Source: Planctomycetota bacterium
GTDB lineage: Bacteria; Planctomycetota; UBA1135; UBA2386
Direction: 5' to 3'
DNA length: 52,007 bases
NCBI GenBank assembly: GCA_947501605.1
Contig: CANMWZ010000029.1
Coordinates: forward strand, 1 to 52,007
Positions 1 to 8,595 of the stretch are shown piece after piece. Both the position numbers and the translations under genes were made by a program. The notes below the pieces were generated by a model, which saw only the letters and a list, made by a program, of their open reading frames with translations, had not been told where the DNA came from and ran no database searches. How positions within the stretch are numbered: position 1 is the stretch's first letter; every line of letters begins with the position of its first letter.

Positions 1-2774
1 TCACCGACGAGCCGTGCGAGCGCCGCGTCAACTGCAACGTTGACCATGATGCGGTCCTCGTCGACACGAAACCAAGTGCGTTGGTTCACGCGAGTGGAGG
101 TCCAAGCGCTGATCGGGTTTCTTCGCCAGTAGGCGACCCAACGCTCGACGTCCGCCTCATTCGGCTCATCAGGAAGCCACTCCTCTTTCGGCACGTCCGC
201 AAGCAAGTCCGGATCGCGGCGAAGGATCTGCCAGCAACGCAGCGCTACGTCACGGATCGGAATGCTGGCACGCATAGCGTTCGCCTCGAGCATGGCCTCC
301 AGTGTGACCATCTTGAAGCTCTTGCTCATGCGCTCTCGCAGTTCCAGGTCGTTGAGGAATGCACGCTCGCGCAAGAATGCAGATCTCTCGTCTTTGTCGA
401 GATCGTCTTCCGAGGAAACCCAACCGAACCAGCTCTCGTGACCACGACGTAGCGCGCTTGGGAGGTAACCCATGCGGTGCAGTTCGCCCGCGAGCGGGCG
501 GCGCCCCTTGACTACCCGGAAATCGCGATAGGCGCTTTCGACGGCATCTGCACCACCGACACGGAACAAGGCCTCGAGCAACTGCTTCGCTTCGAGTTCC
601 AACTCCACCGAGCACTCACCTGGAAGCTCGGCTTGGCCGCGTTCGACAAGGCTGCGCAGCAGATTCGCGGGTTCCGTCGCTGCGAGGGACACCAGCGTTC
701 GGAGCCTATCGAGGAACACACGGTGATTGCCGACGAAGTCGATGACCGTCAGGAACGCCTTGTCGTCCGCCTTACGCAAGCCGCGGCCAAGCTGCTGCAG
801 GAACACGACTCCCGACTCGGTGGGACGCAGCATGACGACGCGGTCGATCGTCGGGAGGTCGACGCCCTCGTTGAACACATCGATTGCACAGATTGCGTCG
901 ATGTCGCCGCTCGCCAAGGCGCGCAACGCCCAGGTTCGATCATCGGAGCCCGGGGCGCTGTAGACCTTGGCGATGTGTACGCCCTTGGCATGCAGCCACG
1001 TCGCTGCGTGGTCTGCATGCGCGACGCTGCAGCAGAACACAAGCGTCCGCTTGCCGGGTTGATCGGTCCAAGCCTTCCACAGCGATTGCATTCGCTGCTC
1101 GGTCTGGACCGCGCTCGCAAGCACTGCGGGATCGAACCGGCCGTTCCTCCACGGGACACTAGCCGCCGAGTAATCGACTTCGTCCGCCAGGCCAAAGTAG
1201 TGGAACGGCACCAAGCGGCGAATGGCAATGCCGCTCGTGATCCCGGCTTGGTAAGCGATGTTGTCGTTGAACAGTCCACAGACATCGGCCGAGTCGGCGC
1301 GGTCCGGCGTGGCAGTCAGCCCCAAAAGGAACTGAGGATTCATGGCTGCGAGGATGCGCCGATACGAGTCCGCCGCTGCGTGGTGCACTTCGTCAACGAC
1401 GACGTAGTCGAACTTCTGTTGCCGGAGCTGCGTGAGCCATGGCTCGCGCGAGAGCTTGGCCACTGACGCAAACACGATGTCTGCATCGAGGTCGCGCTCG
1501 GCTTCGACGAACCGGCCCATACGCAACGGTTCCTTTCGGTGCCGAACCACATGGCGGAACGTCTCCAATGCCTGCAGCAGGATCTCACGGCGATGAGCGA
1601 GGAACAGGAGCCGTGGCGGCGCACCGGTCCGATCCCACTCTTGTTGCCAGTCGAAGGCGGCCAGCCAAGTCTTGCCCAGCCCCGTAGCCAGGACGACGAG
1701 CGCGCGACGGTGACCAGCTTTGCGAGTGCACACCAGCGCAGCCAATGCCTCGACCTGTACTGCGTGCGGCTCGGGAGGGAGCAGGGCCGGCTCGGCATCC
1801 TCTTCGCCGGCCGGCATCGGCAGATTCTGTTGGCGAGCCCGCCGCGCATAGTCTTCGACCCACGCCGTGTCGATCGGGCGTGCCACTCGCCAGAGCTCGT
1901 CATATCCCGAGCGAACCCGATTCCAAGCGACGCTGTCGCGATCTCTATCGACGCGTAGGTTCCATTCGATTCCGGTATCCAGAGCCGAGTACGACAGATT
2001 GCTGCTGCCTACGAAGGCGATCCCGAAGCCAGGCCCCTCGAAGTGCCAAGCCTTCGGGTGGAAGGAGCGCGTAGAGCCTGGGAGATTCTCGACCTCGATG
2101 ATTCGTGCCTCGAATACCCCTTTGCGTGGATCTCCTTCTTCCGCTTCTGGCCAGGCTGCATACCAATCGAGCAGAGTCTCGAGGGCACTGGCCTGAGTGA
2201 TGTTCAGGTAGTCACCAGTCAACAGTCTCACCCGCGCGCCCTGAAGCAGCGCAGCCTCCAAAGAGGCGCGGATTCGACGAAGTCCGCTCTCCTGGACGAA
2301 TGCCGCAAGGATGCAGACATTCATTGACCGCTCGAGCAACGGTAATACATGCAAAGCCAGCGGGTCGTCTGTGCCACCGAGAGTCAGTGAGGCTGGGCGA
2401 GTGATGTAGTTTCCCTTGCTCGGAATGACCAGCCGAACGCCCCCGCGCGGATCGTCCATGTCACCTCGGAACCTCGGGATCACATGCACGTGCAAGTGCA
2501 TGACGGTCTGGCCTGCGGCCTCGCCGGCGTTGAAGCCGACGTTGTAGCCATCGGGCCTGAGTTCGGAGGAGTCGAGGAGGCGCTTGACCTCATCGACGAG
2601 TGCAAAGATAGCCCCCTGCTCCTGGGCCGTGGCCTCGAACCACGTTGCGATCATCCGCCTCGGAACCACCAGCGCATGCCCAGGGCTGACTGGGTAGATG
2701 TCGCGTAGGGCAAACGCCAAGTCGTTCGAGACCAGGTGGTCCGAGACCGGACGAGATAGGAATGGCGACTCCAT
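1..2774 (-). CDS. HIT-domain / PLD-family nuclease / SF2 (DEAH-type) helicase fusion protein, 3'-truncated by the window edge
   Basis: Manual translation from ATG at 2774 (MESPFLSRPVSDHLVSNDLAFALRDIYPVSPGHALVVP) stays open to position 1. HIT motif MHLHVHVIPR; PLD motif FHPKAWHF...GSSNLS; helicase motifs LATGLGKT, DEVHH, TATP, VFNEGVDLP, QQLGRGLR. Absent from the ORF track because there is no stop in the window. Confidence 0.9.
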   Translation of the reverse strand, partial: MESPFLSRPVSDHLVSNDLAFALRDIYPVSPGHALVVPRRMIATWFEATAQEQGAIFALVDEVKRLLDSSELRPDGYNVGFNAGEAAGQTVMHLHVHVIPRFRGDMDDPRGGVRLVIPSKGNYITRPASLTLGGTDDPLALHVLPLLERSMNVCILAAFVQESGLRRIRASLEAALLQGARVRLLTGDYLNITQASALETLLDWYAAWPEAEEGDPRKGVFEARIIEVENLPGSTRSFHPKAWHFEGPGFGIAFVGSSNLSYSALDTGIEWNLRVDRDRDSVAWNRVRSGYDELWRVARPIDTAWVEDYARRARQQNLPMPAGEEDAEPALLPPEPHAVQVEALAALVCTRKAGHRRALVVLATGLGKTWLAAFDWQQEWDRTGAPPRLLFLAHRREILLQALETFRHVVRHRKEPLRMGRFVEAERDLDADIVFASVAKLSREPWLTQLRQQKFDYVVVDEVHHAAADSYRRILAAMNPQFLLGLTATPDRADSADVCGLFNDNIAYQAGITSGIAIRRLVPFHYFGLADEVDYSAASVPWRNGRFDPAVLASAVQTEQRMQSLWKAWTDQPGKRTLVFCCSVAHADHAATWLHAKGVHIAKVYSAPGSDDRTWALRALASGDIDAICAIDVFNEGVDLPTIDRVVMLRPTESGVVFLQQLGRGLRKADDKAFLTVIDFVGNHRVFLDRLRTLVSLAATEPANLLRSLVERGQAELPGECSVELELEAKQLLEALFRVGGADAVESAYRDFRVVKGRRPLAGELHRMGYLPSALRRGHESWFGWVSSEDDLDKDERSAFLRERAFLNDLELRERMSKSFKMVTLEAMLEANAMRASIPIRDVALRCWQILRRDPDLLADVPKEEWLPDEPNEADVERWVAYWRRNPISAWTSTRVNQRTWFRVDEDRIMVNVAVDAALARLVG

Positions 2775-2903
2775 CCGAGATCACTTCTTGCCGTCTGCGA
2801 GAACGAACTGGAGGCCGGACTTCATAGCCCATGAGGCTCGGCTGCTACTCCTGCACACATCTGCGGAAACAGCGAACCGTGTGCGCGGTGGGCAGCCCCT
2901 CAG

Positions 2904-2980
2904 TGGTAGGCGATGAGGGACTCGAACCCCCGACATCCTCCGTGTAAGGGAGGCGCTCTAACCAACTGAGCTAATCGCCC
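2904..2980 (-). tRNA. tRNA-Val (anticodon TAC)
   Basis: Reverse complement reads GGGCGATTAGCTCAGTTGGTTAGAGCGCCTCCCTTACACGGAGGATGTCGGGGGTTCGAGTCCCTCATCGCCTACCA. It has a D-arm, anticodon stem CCTCC/GGAGG with loop CTTACAC, TTCGA T-loop and an encoded CCA. Confidence 0.97.
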
Positions 2981-3049
2981 GCGAACGGGCCGCGAACTCT
3001 ACCCGCCCCCGACCGCGCGCGCGACACCTCACTCCTCACCCTGCCAGCC

Positions 3050-4540
3050 TTACCGGCGACCCCGCCCATCCGCCATCGCCGCCCGCCGGATCCCCCGCTG
3101 CATCCCGCGAAACACCACCCCGTGCAGCGGCAGCACCGCGTACCAGTACACCAATCCCAAGAGTCCCTTCGGCTTGAACCGCGCCACCTGCCGCAGCCGA
3201 CACTTCCCCCCGCCCTCCAGCTCTTCCAACTCGAACGTCAGCGTCGCCCCCCCCGGCAGCTTCATCTCGGCGCGCAGCTCCAGCCGCCGCCCCTCCACGA
3301 CCTCCACCACGCGCCAGAAGTCCAACGCTTCGCCAAACGCCACGCGATCCGGGTTCTTCCTCCCGCGCCGAAGCCCCGGACCACCGACCAACCGATCCAT
3401 CCACCCTCTCAGCTTCCACATCCAATCCGCCGCGTACCACCCGTGCCCGCCGCCCACGCGGCACACCGCGCGCCACACCGCCGCGGCCGGCGCGTCGATC
3501 ACGATTTCCCGCGGGTCGACGAACACCTTCCCCCCGGCCCACTGCGGATCCCCCGGCATCTCGCCGGCATCCGACCACCGCGTTTCCACGGCGCCGTCCC
3601 GCTCCTTTCCGACCGCCCGCGCGATCGCTTCGCGCATCGACAACAGCGGCCCCGGCATCCACCGCACCGCCCGATCGTCCCGGCACACCACCTCGTTGCG
3701 CAGACCTTCCGCCAACGGCCGAGCGATGTCCTTCCCGATCGGCGTCACCAGGTGGATCCACAACGAACTCAATCTCGGCGTCAGCACCGGCACCGACACG
3801 ATCCACCGCCGCCGCAGCTTCAGCGCCTCGGCCACCAACTGGATCACCTCTCGATACGTCACCACGTCCGTGCCGCCGATGTCCAACGTCTCACCTACCG
3901 TGCGCGGCTCCGCGAGGCACTCCACCAGGTACCTCAGCACGTCCCCCACAGCGATCGGCTGGCACTTCGTCGACACCCACCGCGGCGTCACCATCACCGG
4001 CAACCGCTCCACCAGGTACCTCAAGATCTCGAACGACGCCGACCCCGAGCCCACGATCATCGCCGCGCGAAACACCGTCACCTTCACGCCCGTCGACGAC
4101 AGCTCCGCCTCGACCTCGCGCCGTGACCGCAGGTGCTCCGACAGCCCCTTGCCCGTCTCGCCCAACCCGCCCAGGTAGAGGATCCGTTCGACACCCGTCG
4201 CCGCTGCCGCCACCGCGAACGTCCGCGCCGCGCGCCGATCCGTCGCCGCGTAGTCCTTGCCCGCGGTCACCATCGAGTGCACCAGATAGAACGCAAACGC
4301 GCAGCCCTGCATCGCCGCGCGAACGCTCGCTTCGTCCTCGACGTCGCCTTCGACGATCTCCACGCGCTCGTGCGACGCCCAGTCGCGGTGCCGCAGCTTC
4401 TGCGGACTCCGCGCGAGGCAACGAACGCGATACCCCGCGGCGAGCAAGCGCGGCACGAGGCGGCCGCCGATGTAGCCCGAGGCGCCGGTGACCAGCACAC
4501 GCTGACGCTCGGGAACGCAAACGCCGGTGAGGTCGGTCAC
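3050..4540 (-). CDS. Atypical SDR / NAD(P)-binding oxidoreductase with C-terminal DUF2867-like domain (YbjT-like)
   Basis: Rossmann motif VLVTGASGYIG; FRAAMIVGSGSASFE; C-terminal DFWRVVEV...LRAEMKLPG...GLLGLVYWY typical of YbjT-like proteins. Confidence 0.88.
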   Translation of the reverse strand: MTDLTGVCVPERQRVLVTGASGYIGGRLVPRLLAAGYRVRCLARSPQKLRHRDWASHERVEIVEGDVEDEASVRAAMQGCAFAFYLVHSMVTAGKDYAATDRRAARTFAVAAAATGVERILYLGGLGETGKGLSEHLRSRREVEAELSSTGVKVTVFRAAMIVGSGSASFEILRYLVERLPVMVTPRWVSTKCQPIAVGDVLRYLVECLAEPRTVGETLDIGGTDVVTYREVIQLVAEALKLRRRWIVSVPVLTPRLSSLWIHLVTPIGKDIARPLAEGLRNEVVCRDDRAVRWMPGPLLSMREAIARAVGKERDGAVETRWSDAGEMPGDPQWAGGKVFVDPREIVIDAPAAAVWRAVCRVGGGHGWYAADWMWKLRGWMDRLVGGPGLRRGRKNPDRVAFGEALDFWRVVEVVEGRRLELRAEMKLPGGATLTFELEELEGGGKCRLRQVARFKPKGLLGLVYWYAVLPLHGVVFRGMQRGIRRAAMADGRGRR

Positions 4541-4648
4541 GGTCGCAATATCGCGTACAGGAGAGGCTGGGATGCGTGGCCGTTGTGCGGAAGCCTCAAC
4601 TTGAGCTCGCCTGCACCACGGGGTTGCCTCGGAGCCCCCATTCGGACG

Positions 4649-4698
4649 ATGATACGAAACGTTGTCTGCTGCTTTTTTCAGCCAGCGTTTCGTATCAT
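4649..4698. promoter_or_regulatory. 20-bp inverted repeat (18/20 match, 10-bp spacer), probable AbiEi autorepression operator
   Basis: ATGATACGAAACGTTGTCTG (4649-4668) and CAGCCAGCGTTTCGTATCAT (4679-4698). The right arm overlaps the antitoxin ATG. AbiEi antitoxins are known to bind promoter inverted repeats. Confidence 0.8.
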
Positions 4699-5302
4699 GC
4701 CTGCCAAGACCTCCAAGCTCCAGTTGCTGCTCCGCCTGGCCAGCCGTGGTCCGGTGCGAGCGCGAGACCTCGATGACGCCCGCATCCCGCGCCCCTACCT
4801 CAAGCGGCTTTGCGATCGCGGCGAGCTCGAGCGCGTAGGCCGAGGGCTGTACCGACTCAACACCACCTCAGTGACCGAGCTGAGCTCTCTCGCCGACGTT
4901 GTCAAGCGTGTTCCGCGCGGGATCATCTGCCTTCTCAGCGCCCTTCAGGTCCACGGCCTCACGACGGAGGCGCCGCATGCAGTCTGGCTCCTGATCGATC
5001 GCCGTGCTCGCACCCCTGCCCTCGACACCCCAAAGCTCGAGATCGTCCGAGCCAGCGGCTCGGCACGTTCCCACGGCATCGAGCATCGTCTCATCGAAGG
5101 CGTTCGCGTCGCGATCACGACGCCAGCAAAGACCGTTGCGGACTGCTTTCGCTATCGGCGACACGTCGGACTCGAGGTCGCCATCGCGGCCCTCAAGGAA
5201 TACGTCGAGAAGCGGAAGGGCACCATCGAGGCACTCGTCGATGCGGCCCGCGCGAACCGCATCTGGTCGGTGCTACGCGCCTACTTGGAGGCAGTGGTGT
5301 GA
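4697..5302 (+). CDS. abiEi: Type IV toxin-antitoxin system AbiEi-family antitoxin / transcriptional regulator
   Basis: Start re-assigned to ATG 4697 (MPAKTSKLQ). wHTH-like N-terminus LERVGRGLY; ICLLSALQVHGLTT; TTPAKTVADCFRYR. Confidence 0.9.
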   Translation: MPAKTSKLQLLLRLASRGPVRARDLDDARIPRPYLKRLCDRGELERVGRGLYRLNTTSVTELSSLADVVKRVPRGIICLLSALQVHGLTTEAPHAVWLLIDRRARTPALDTPKLEIVRASGSARSHGIEHRLIEGVRVAITTPAKTVADCFRYRRHVGLEVAIAALKEYVEKRKGTIEALVDAARANRIWSVLRAYLEAVV

Positions 5303-6243
5303 ACGGGGAACAGAACAAGAATCTAGGAGCTTCCGTGCGCGGACGACTGCAAGCGCTCGCGAGGCAGTCCGGAGAGGACTTCCAACGGACACTGGTTCGC
5401 TACGCGAACGAGCGCTTTCTTGCTCGGCTCGCCGCGTCGCGACTCAGCAAGCAGTTCGTGCTCAAGGGTGCCATGCTCTTCACGGTCTGGGGACAGCAAG
5501 CTCATCGCGCAACTCGTGATGTCGATCTTCTTGGCTTCGGTCCCTCGGAGCCCGAGTCCGTTCTCGAAGCACTGAAGGAGGTGCTACGAACCCAGGTCGA
5601 AGGTGACGGCATCCACTTCGAGATCGACTCACTGGTCGTAGAGTCGATTCGCGATGGCAAGGCCTATGGCGGAGTTCGCGCGCACGTTGATTCCCACCTC
5701 ACGAGCGCCCGCATCAGGCTTCAGATCGATATCGGATTCGGCGACGCGATCACGCCCGAAGCCACCATCGCTCGGCTCCCGACTTTGCTGGGATCAACTC
5801 CACCGGAACTGCTCGCGTATCCGCCGGAAACGGTGGTCGCCGAAAAACTCGAAGCGATGGTACAGCTCGGCCTAGCCAACAGTCGGATGAAGGACTTCTA
5901 CGATCTGAGCGTGCTCGCGAGCTGTTGCGACTTCGACGGCCAACTTCTGAGCAAAGCAATCCGCGCAACCTTCGAACGGCGCCGCTCCCAAGTCCCGTCT
6001 TCGATCCCAGTCGCGCTCACCGTGGCTTTCACCGAAGACACGAACAAACAGGCTCAGTGGGCGGGCTTCGTCCGAAAGTCGGGAGCCATCGACGCGAAGA
6101 GTCTCACGCACACCGTGCAGGATGTCCGCGGTTTCGTAGAGCAGCCGCTCAGAGCAGCGGCTCAACGCTGCGCCTTCCTGGCGCGTTGGTCTGCCGGAGG
6201 GCGATGGGTCGAAGAAGATGTCGCGAGCCCGGAAGGCAATTAG
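5299..6243 (+). CDS. abiEii: AbiEii/AbiGii-family nucleotidyltransferase toxin
   Basis: GTG start overlaps the antitoxin stop (GTGA). FVLKGAMLF, RATRDVDL, IDIGFGD, AEKLEAM, NSRMKDFYD motifs. Confidence 0.9.
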   Translation: MNGEQNKNLGASVRGRLQALARQSGEDFQRTLVRYANERFLARLAASRLSKQFVLKGAMLFTVWGQQAHRATRDVDLLGFGPSEPESVLEALKEVLRTQVEGDGIHFEIDSLVVESIRDGKAYGGVRAHVDSHLTSARIRLQIDIGFGDAITPEATIARLPTLLGSTPPELLAYPPETVVAEKLEAMVQLGLANSRMKDFYDLSVLASCCDFDGQLLSKAIRATFERRRSQVPSSIPVALTVAFTEDTNKQAQWAGFVRKSGAIDAKSLTHTVQDVRGFVEQPLRAAAQRCAFLARWSAGGRWVEEDVASPEGN

Positions 6244-6268
6244 CCAAGATAAGAACACTCGGCCGTCC

Positions 6269-6766
6269 CTACTTCGGCGGTCGCTGACCCGCCTCCGTCC
6301 CGCTCGCACCCTCCGCACCAGCCCCGCCCGGCGCCCCAAATCGCTGCTTCCGCTCATCGATCCCCATCGGCGGCTCCATCGGCACCAGCTCGTAGGTGTT
6401 GGCCGGCATTTCTTCGCCAACCCACGCCCGCCGGAACACGAAGTCGACGGTGTCGGTCGGCAGACCAAGCAGGCAGTGACCAATCGCCGCACCGCCCGAC
6501 ACGGGCCACACCATCAACTCAGTCCTCGAGGCGTCGCCCAGACCGTCCGAGGCGACGAGACTCAGGGGCCAAGTGATCGGCAGCAGCACCACACTGACGA
6601 TGCCACCGCCGATTCCGCCGATCCAAGCACCGGTGCCCGCCGAGGCCCGCACCCACCCCGGTCGACCGAACTCGGGGGGAGGGCAGCGATCGAGCCGGTT
6701 GACCGTGTCGCCAACCGCGCACGCGGAGAGGAAGAAGAAGGAACCGAGAAGGATCGCGCGACGCAT
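6269..6766 (-). CDS. Hypothetical lipoprotein with hydrophobic Gly-rich segments
   Basis: Likely start MRRAILLGSFFFLSAC with lipobox LSAC; hydrophobic stretch GIVSVVLLPITWPLSLV. Confidence 0.65.
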   Translation of the reverse strand: MRRAILLGSFFFLSACAVGDTVNRLDRCPPPEFGRPGWVRASAGTGAWIGGIGGGIVSVVLLPITWPLSLVASDGLGDASRTELMVWPVSGGAAIGHCLLGLPTDTVDFVFRRAWVGEEMPANTYELVPMEPPMGIDERKQRFGAPGGAGAEGASGTEAGQRPPK

Positions 6767-6846
6767 GGGTTGGATGCTAGTAGACCGTACGGATGGCTTG
6801 CAGCAGTGCTGCATGACTTCTACTTCGGATTAGACTCCCTCACCCC

Positions 6847-8148
6847 ATGAAGATCGCAGTAGTCGGTTCTGGTTATGTCGGCCTCGTCGTCGGCACGTGC
6901 TTCGCCGATAGCGGCAATCGCATCACGTGCGTGGACGTCAACGCGGACAAGATCGCGCGGCTCAACCGCGGCGAAGTCCCCATCTTTGAGCCTGGCCTCG
7001 AGGAGTTGATCCAGCGCAACGTGGCAGAAGGCCGCTTGTTCTTCAGCACCGACATCGCCGGTGCCATCAAGGCGTCGTCAGTGATCTTCATCGCCGTCGG
7101 TACGCCGCAGGACGATGATGGCAGCGCCGATCTGAGCTACGTCATTGCCGTGGCCGACTCGATCGGCACGCACATGGACAGCCACAAGACGGTCGTGCTC
7201 AAGAGCACCGTCCCCGTCGGCACCAACAAGAAGGTGCGCGACGCGATCAGCAAGAAGACCAAGTTGACCTTCGACGTCGTCAGCAACCCTGAGTTCTTGA
7301 AGGAAGGCGCGGCCCTCGAGGACTTCACCAAGCCCGACCGAGTTGTCATCGGCTGCGAGACCGACGCGGCGCGCAAGGTGATGGAGGATCTCTACTCTCC
7401 CTATGTCCGAACCGGCAAGCCGATCCTGTTCATGGATCCGCCATCGGCCGAGATGACCAAGTACGCCGCCAATGCGATGCTCGCGACCCGCATCTCGTTC
7501 ATGAACGAGATGGCCCGCATCTGCGAAGTGGTCGGCGCTGACGTCAACCACGTCCGCAAGGGCATCGGCACCGACGAGCGCATCGGCTTCCCCTTCTTGT
7601 TCGCAGGCGTCGGCTACGGTGGCTCGTGCTTCCCGAAGGATGTCCGCGCTCTGGTGTCGACGGCCAAAGAACACGGTTACCAACCCCACATCGTGCCAGC
7701 GGTCGAGAAGGTCAACGAAGAGCAGAAGCACGTCCTGTTCAGCAAGGTGCAAAAGCACTTCGGCGGCAACCTGAAGGGCAAGCGCTTTGCGATCTGGGGC
7801 CTCGCGTTCAAGCCAAAGACCGACGACATGCGCGAAGCGCCGAGCCTCGTGCTGATCGAAGCGCTGCTCAAAGCTGGCGCGTCGGCCTGCGCATTCGACC
7901 CCGAAGCGATCAAGGAAACCCGACGCATTCTTGGCGACAAGATCGACTACGCCGACAGCGCGCTCGCGGCCTGCGACGGTGCGGACGCGGTCGTGCTCGT
8001 GACCGAGTGGAGCGAATTCCGCCACGTTGATCTCGAGGACCTCAAGAAGCGACTGAAGTCGAAGGTGCTGTTCGACGGCCGCAACATCTGGGATGGCGCG
8101 CGCGTTCGCGAACAGGGCTTCACCTACTACGGCATCGGCGTGCGCTGA
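6847..8148 (+). CDS. ugd: UDP-glucose 6-dehydrogenase
   Basis: MKIAVVGSGYVG, KSTVPVGT, SNPEFLKEG, GYGGSCFPKD, GLAFKPKTDDMREAP. Confidence 0.96.
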   Translation: MKIAVVGSGYVGLVVGTCFADSGNRITCVDVNADKIARLNRGEVPIFEPGLEELIQRNVAEGRLFFSTDIAGAIKASSVIFIAVGTPQDDDGSADLSYVIAVADSIGTHMDSHKTVVLKSTVPVGTNKKVRDAISKKTKLTFDVVSNPEFLKEGAALEDFTKPDRVVIGCETDAARKVMEDLYSPYVRTGKPILFMDPPSAEMTKYAANAMLATRISFMNEMARICEVVGADVNHVRKGIGTDERIGFPFLFAGVGYGGSCFPKDVRALVSTAKEHGYQPHIVPAVEKVNEEQKHVLFSKVQKHFGGNLKGKRFAIWGLAFKPKTDDMREAPSLVLIEALLKAGASACAFDPEAIKETRRILGDKIDYADSALAACDGADAVVLVTEWSEFRHVDLEDLKKRLKSKVLFDGRNIWDGARVREQGFTYYGIGVR

Positions 8149-8168
8149 ACGCAACCGATCGATGCGCG

Positions 8169-8549
8169 GACGAACACGAGCCGGGCGACCGGCTCGCTTC
8201 GTTTCTGACGCACTGCGAGGTCGAGGAGGCACGACGCAGGTAGCGCCCTGAGTCAGCGAGCGGGCGCGGGGCGCCGCGACGGCACGCCGTGCCGTTGAAG
8301 ACGTCGAGGAGCGGCACGGACGCGCGCCGTGCGCAGGGCCAGCGAGATGGAGTGCGAACTCGTGAAGCACCCCACCGAGGCTGCCGTAGCGGTGGCTTCC
8401 CACATGGCGTGAGCGCGAGGGCAAACCACAGCAGCCGAGGGCCACGAGCGGCTTCGCAACGGCCGCTGGAGACCTCGCGGAGTGGCAGCGACGTGCGCGT
8501 CGGTCGTCGTGGCTCGCCGCAGCTACAAGGGCCTTGAGCAACCACTTCT
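8169..8549. repeat. Intergenic dispersed element copy A (5' hairpin plus 3' motif shared with 45673-45962)
   Basis: GACGAACACGAGCCGGGCGACCGGCTCGCTTCGTTT at 8169-8204 and GCCGCAGC-N10-TTGAGCAACCACTTCT at 8516-8549. Confidence 0.55.
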
Positions 8550-8595
8550 GCATCAACGCCGCGAACTCGACCGCCGCCGCCACAGGAGTCGCGAC

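Noticed and set aside
477..1466. 329-aa plus-strand ORF and neighbouring short ORFs
   Set aside because: Antisense shadow of the minus-strand helicase gene, which carries all the recognisable motifs.
2775..6300. Prophage or integrative element at tRNA-Val
   Set aside because: No integrase, phage genes or duplicated tRNA 3' end were found inside the window.
7078..8583. 501-aa minus-strand ORF
   Set aside because: Mostly antisense to ugd with no motifs; a high-GC shadow frame.
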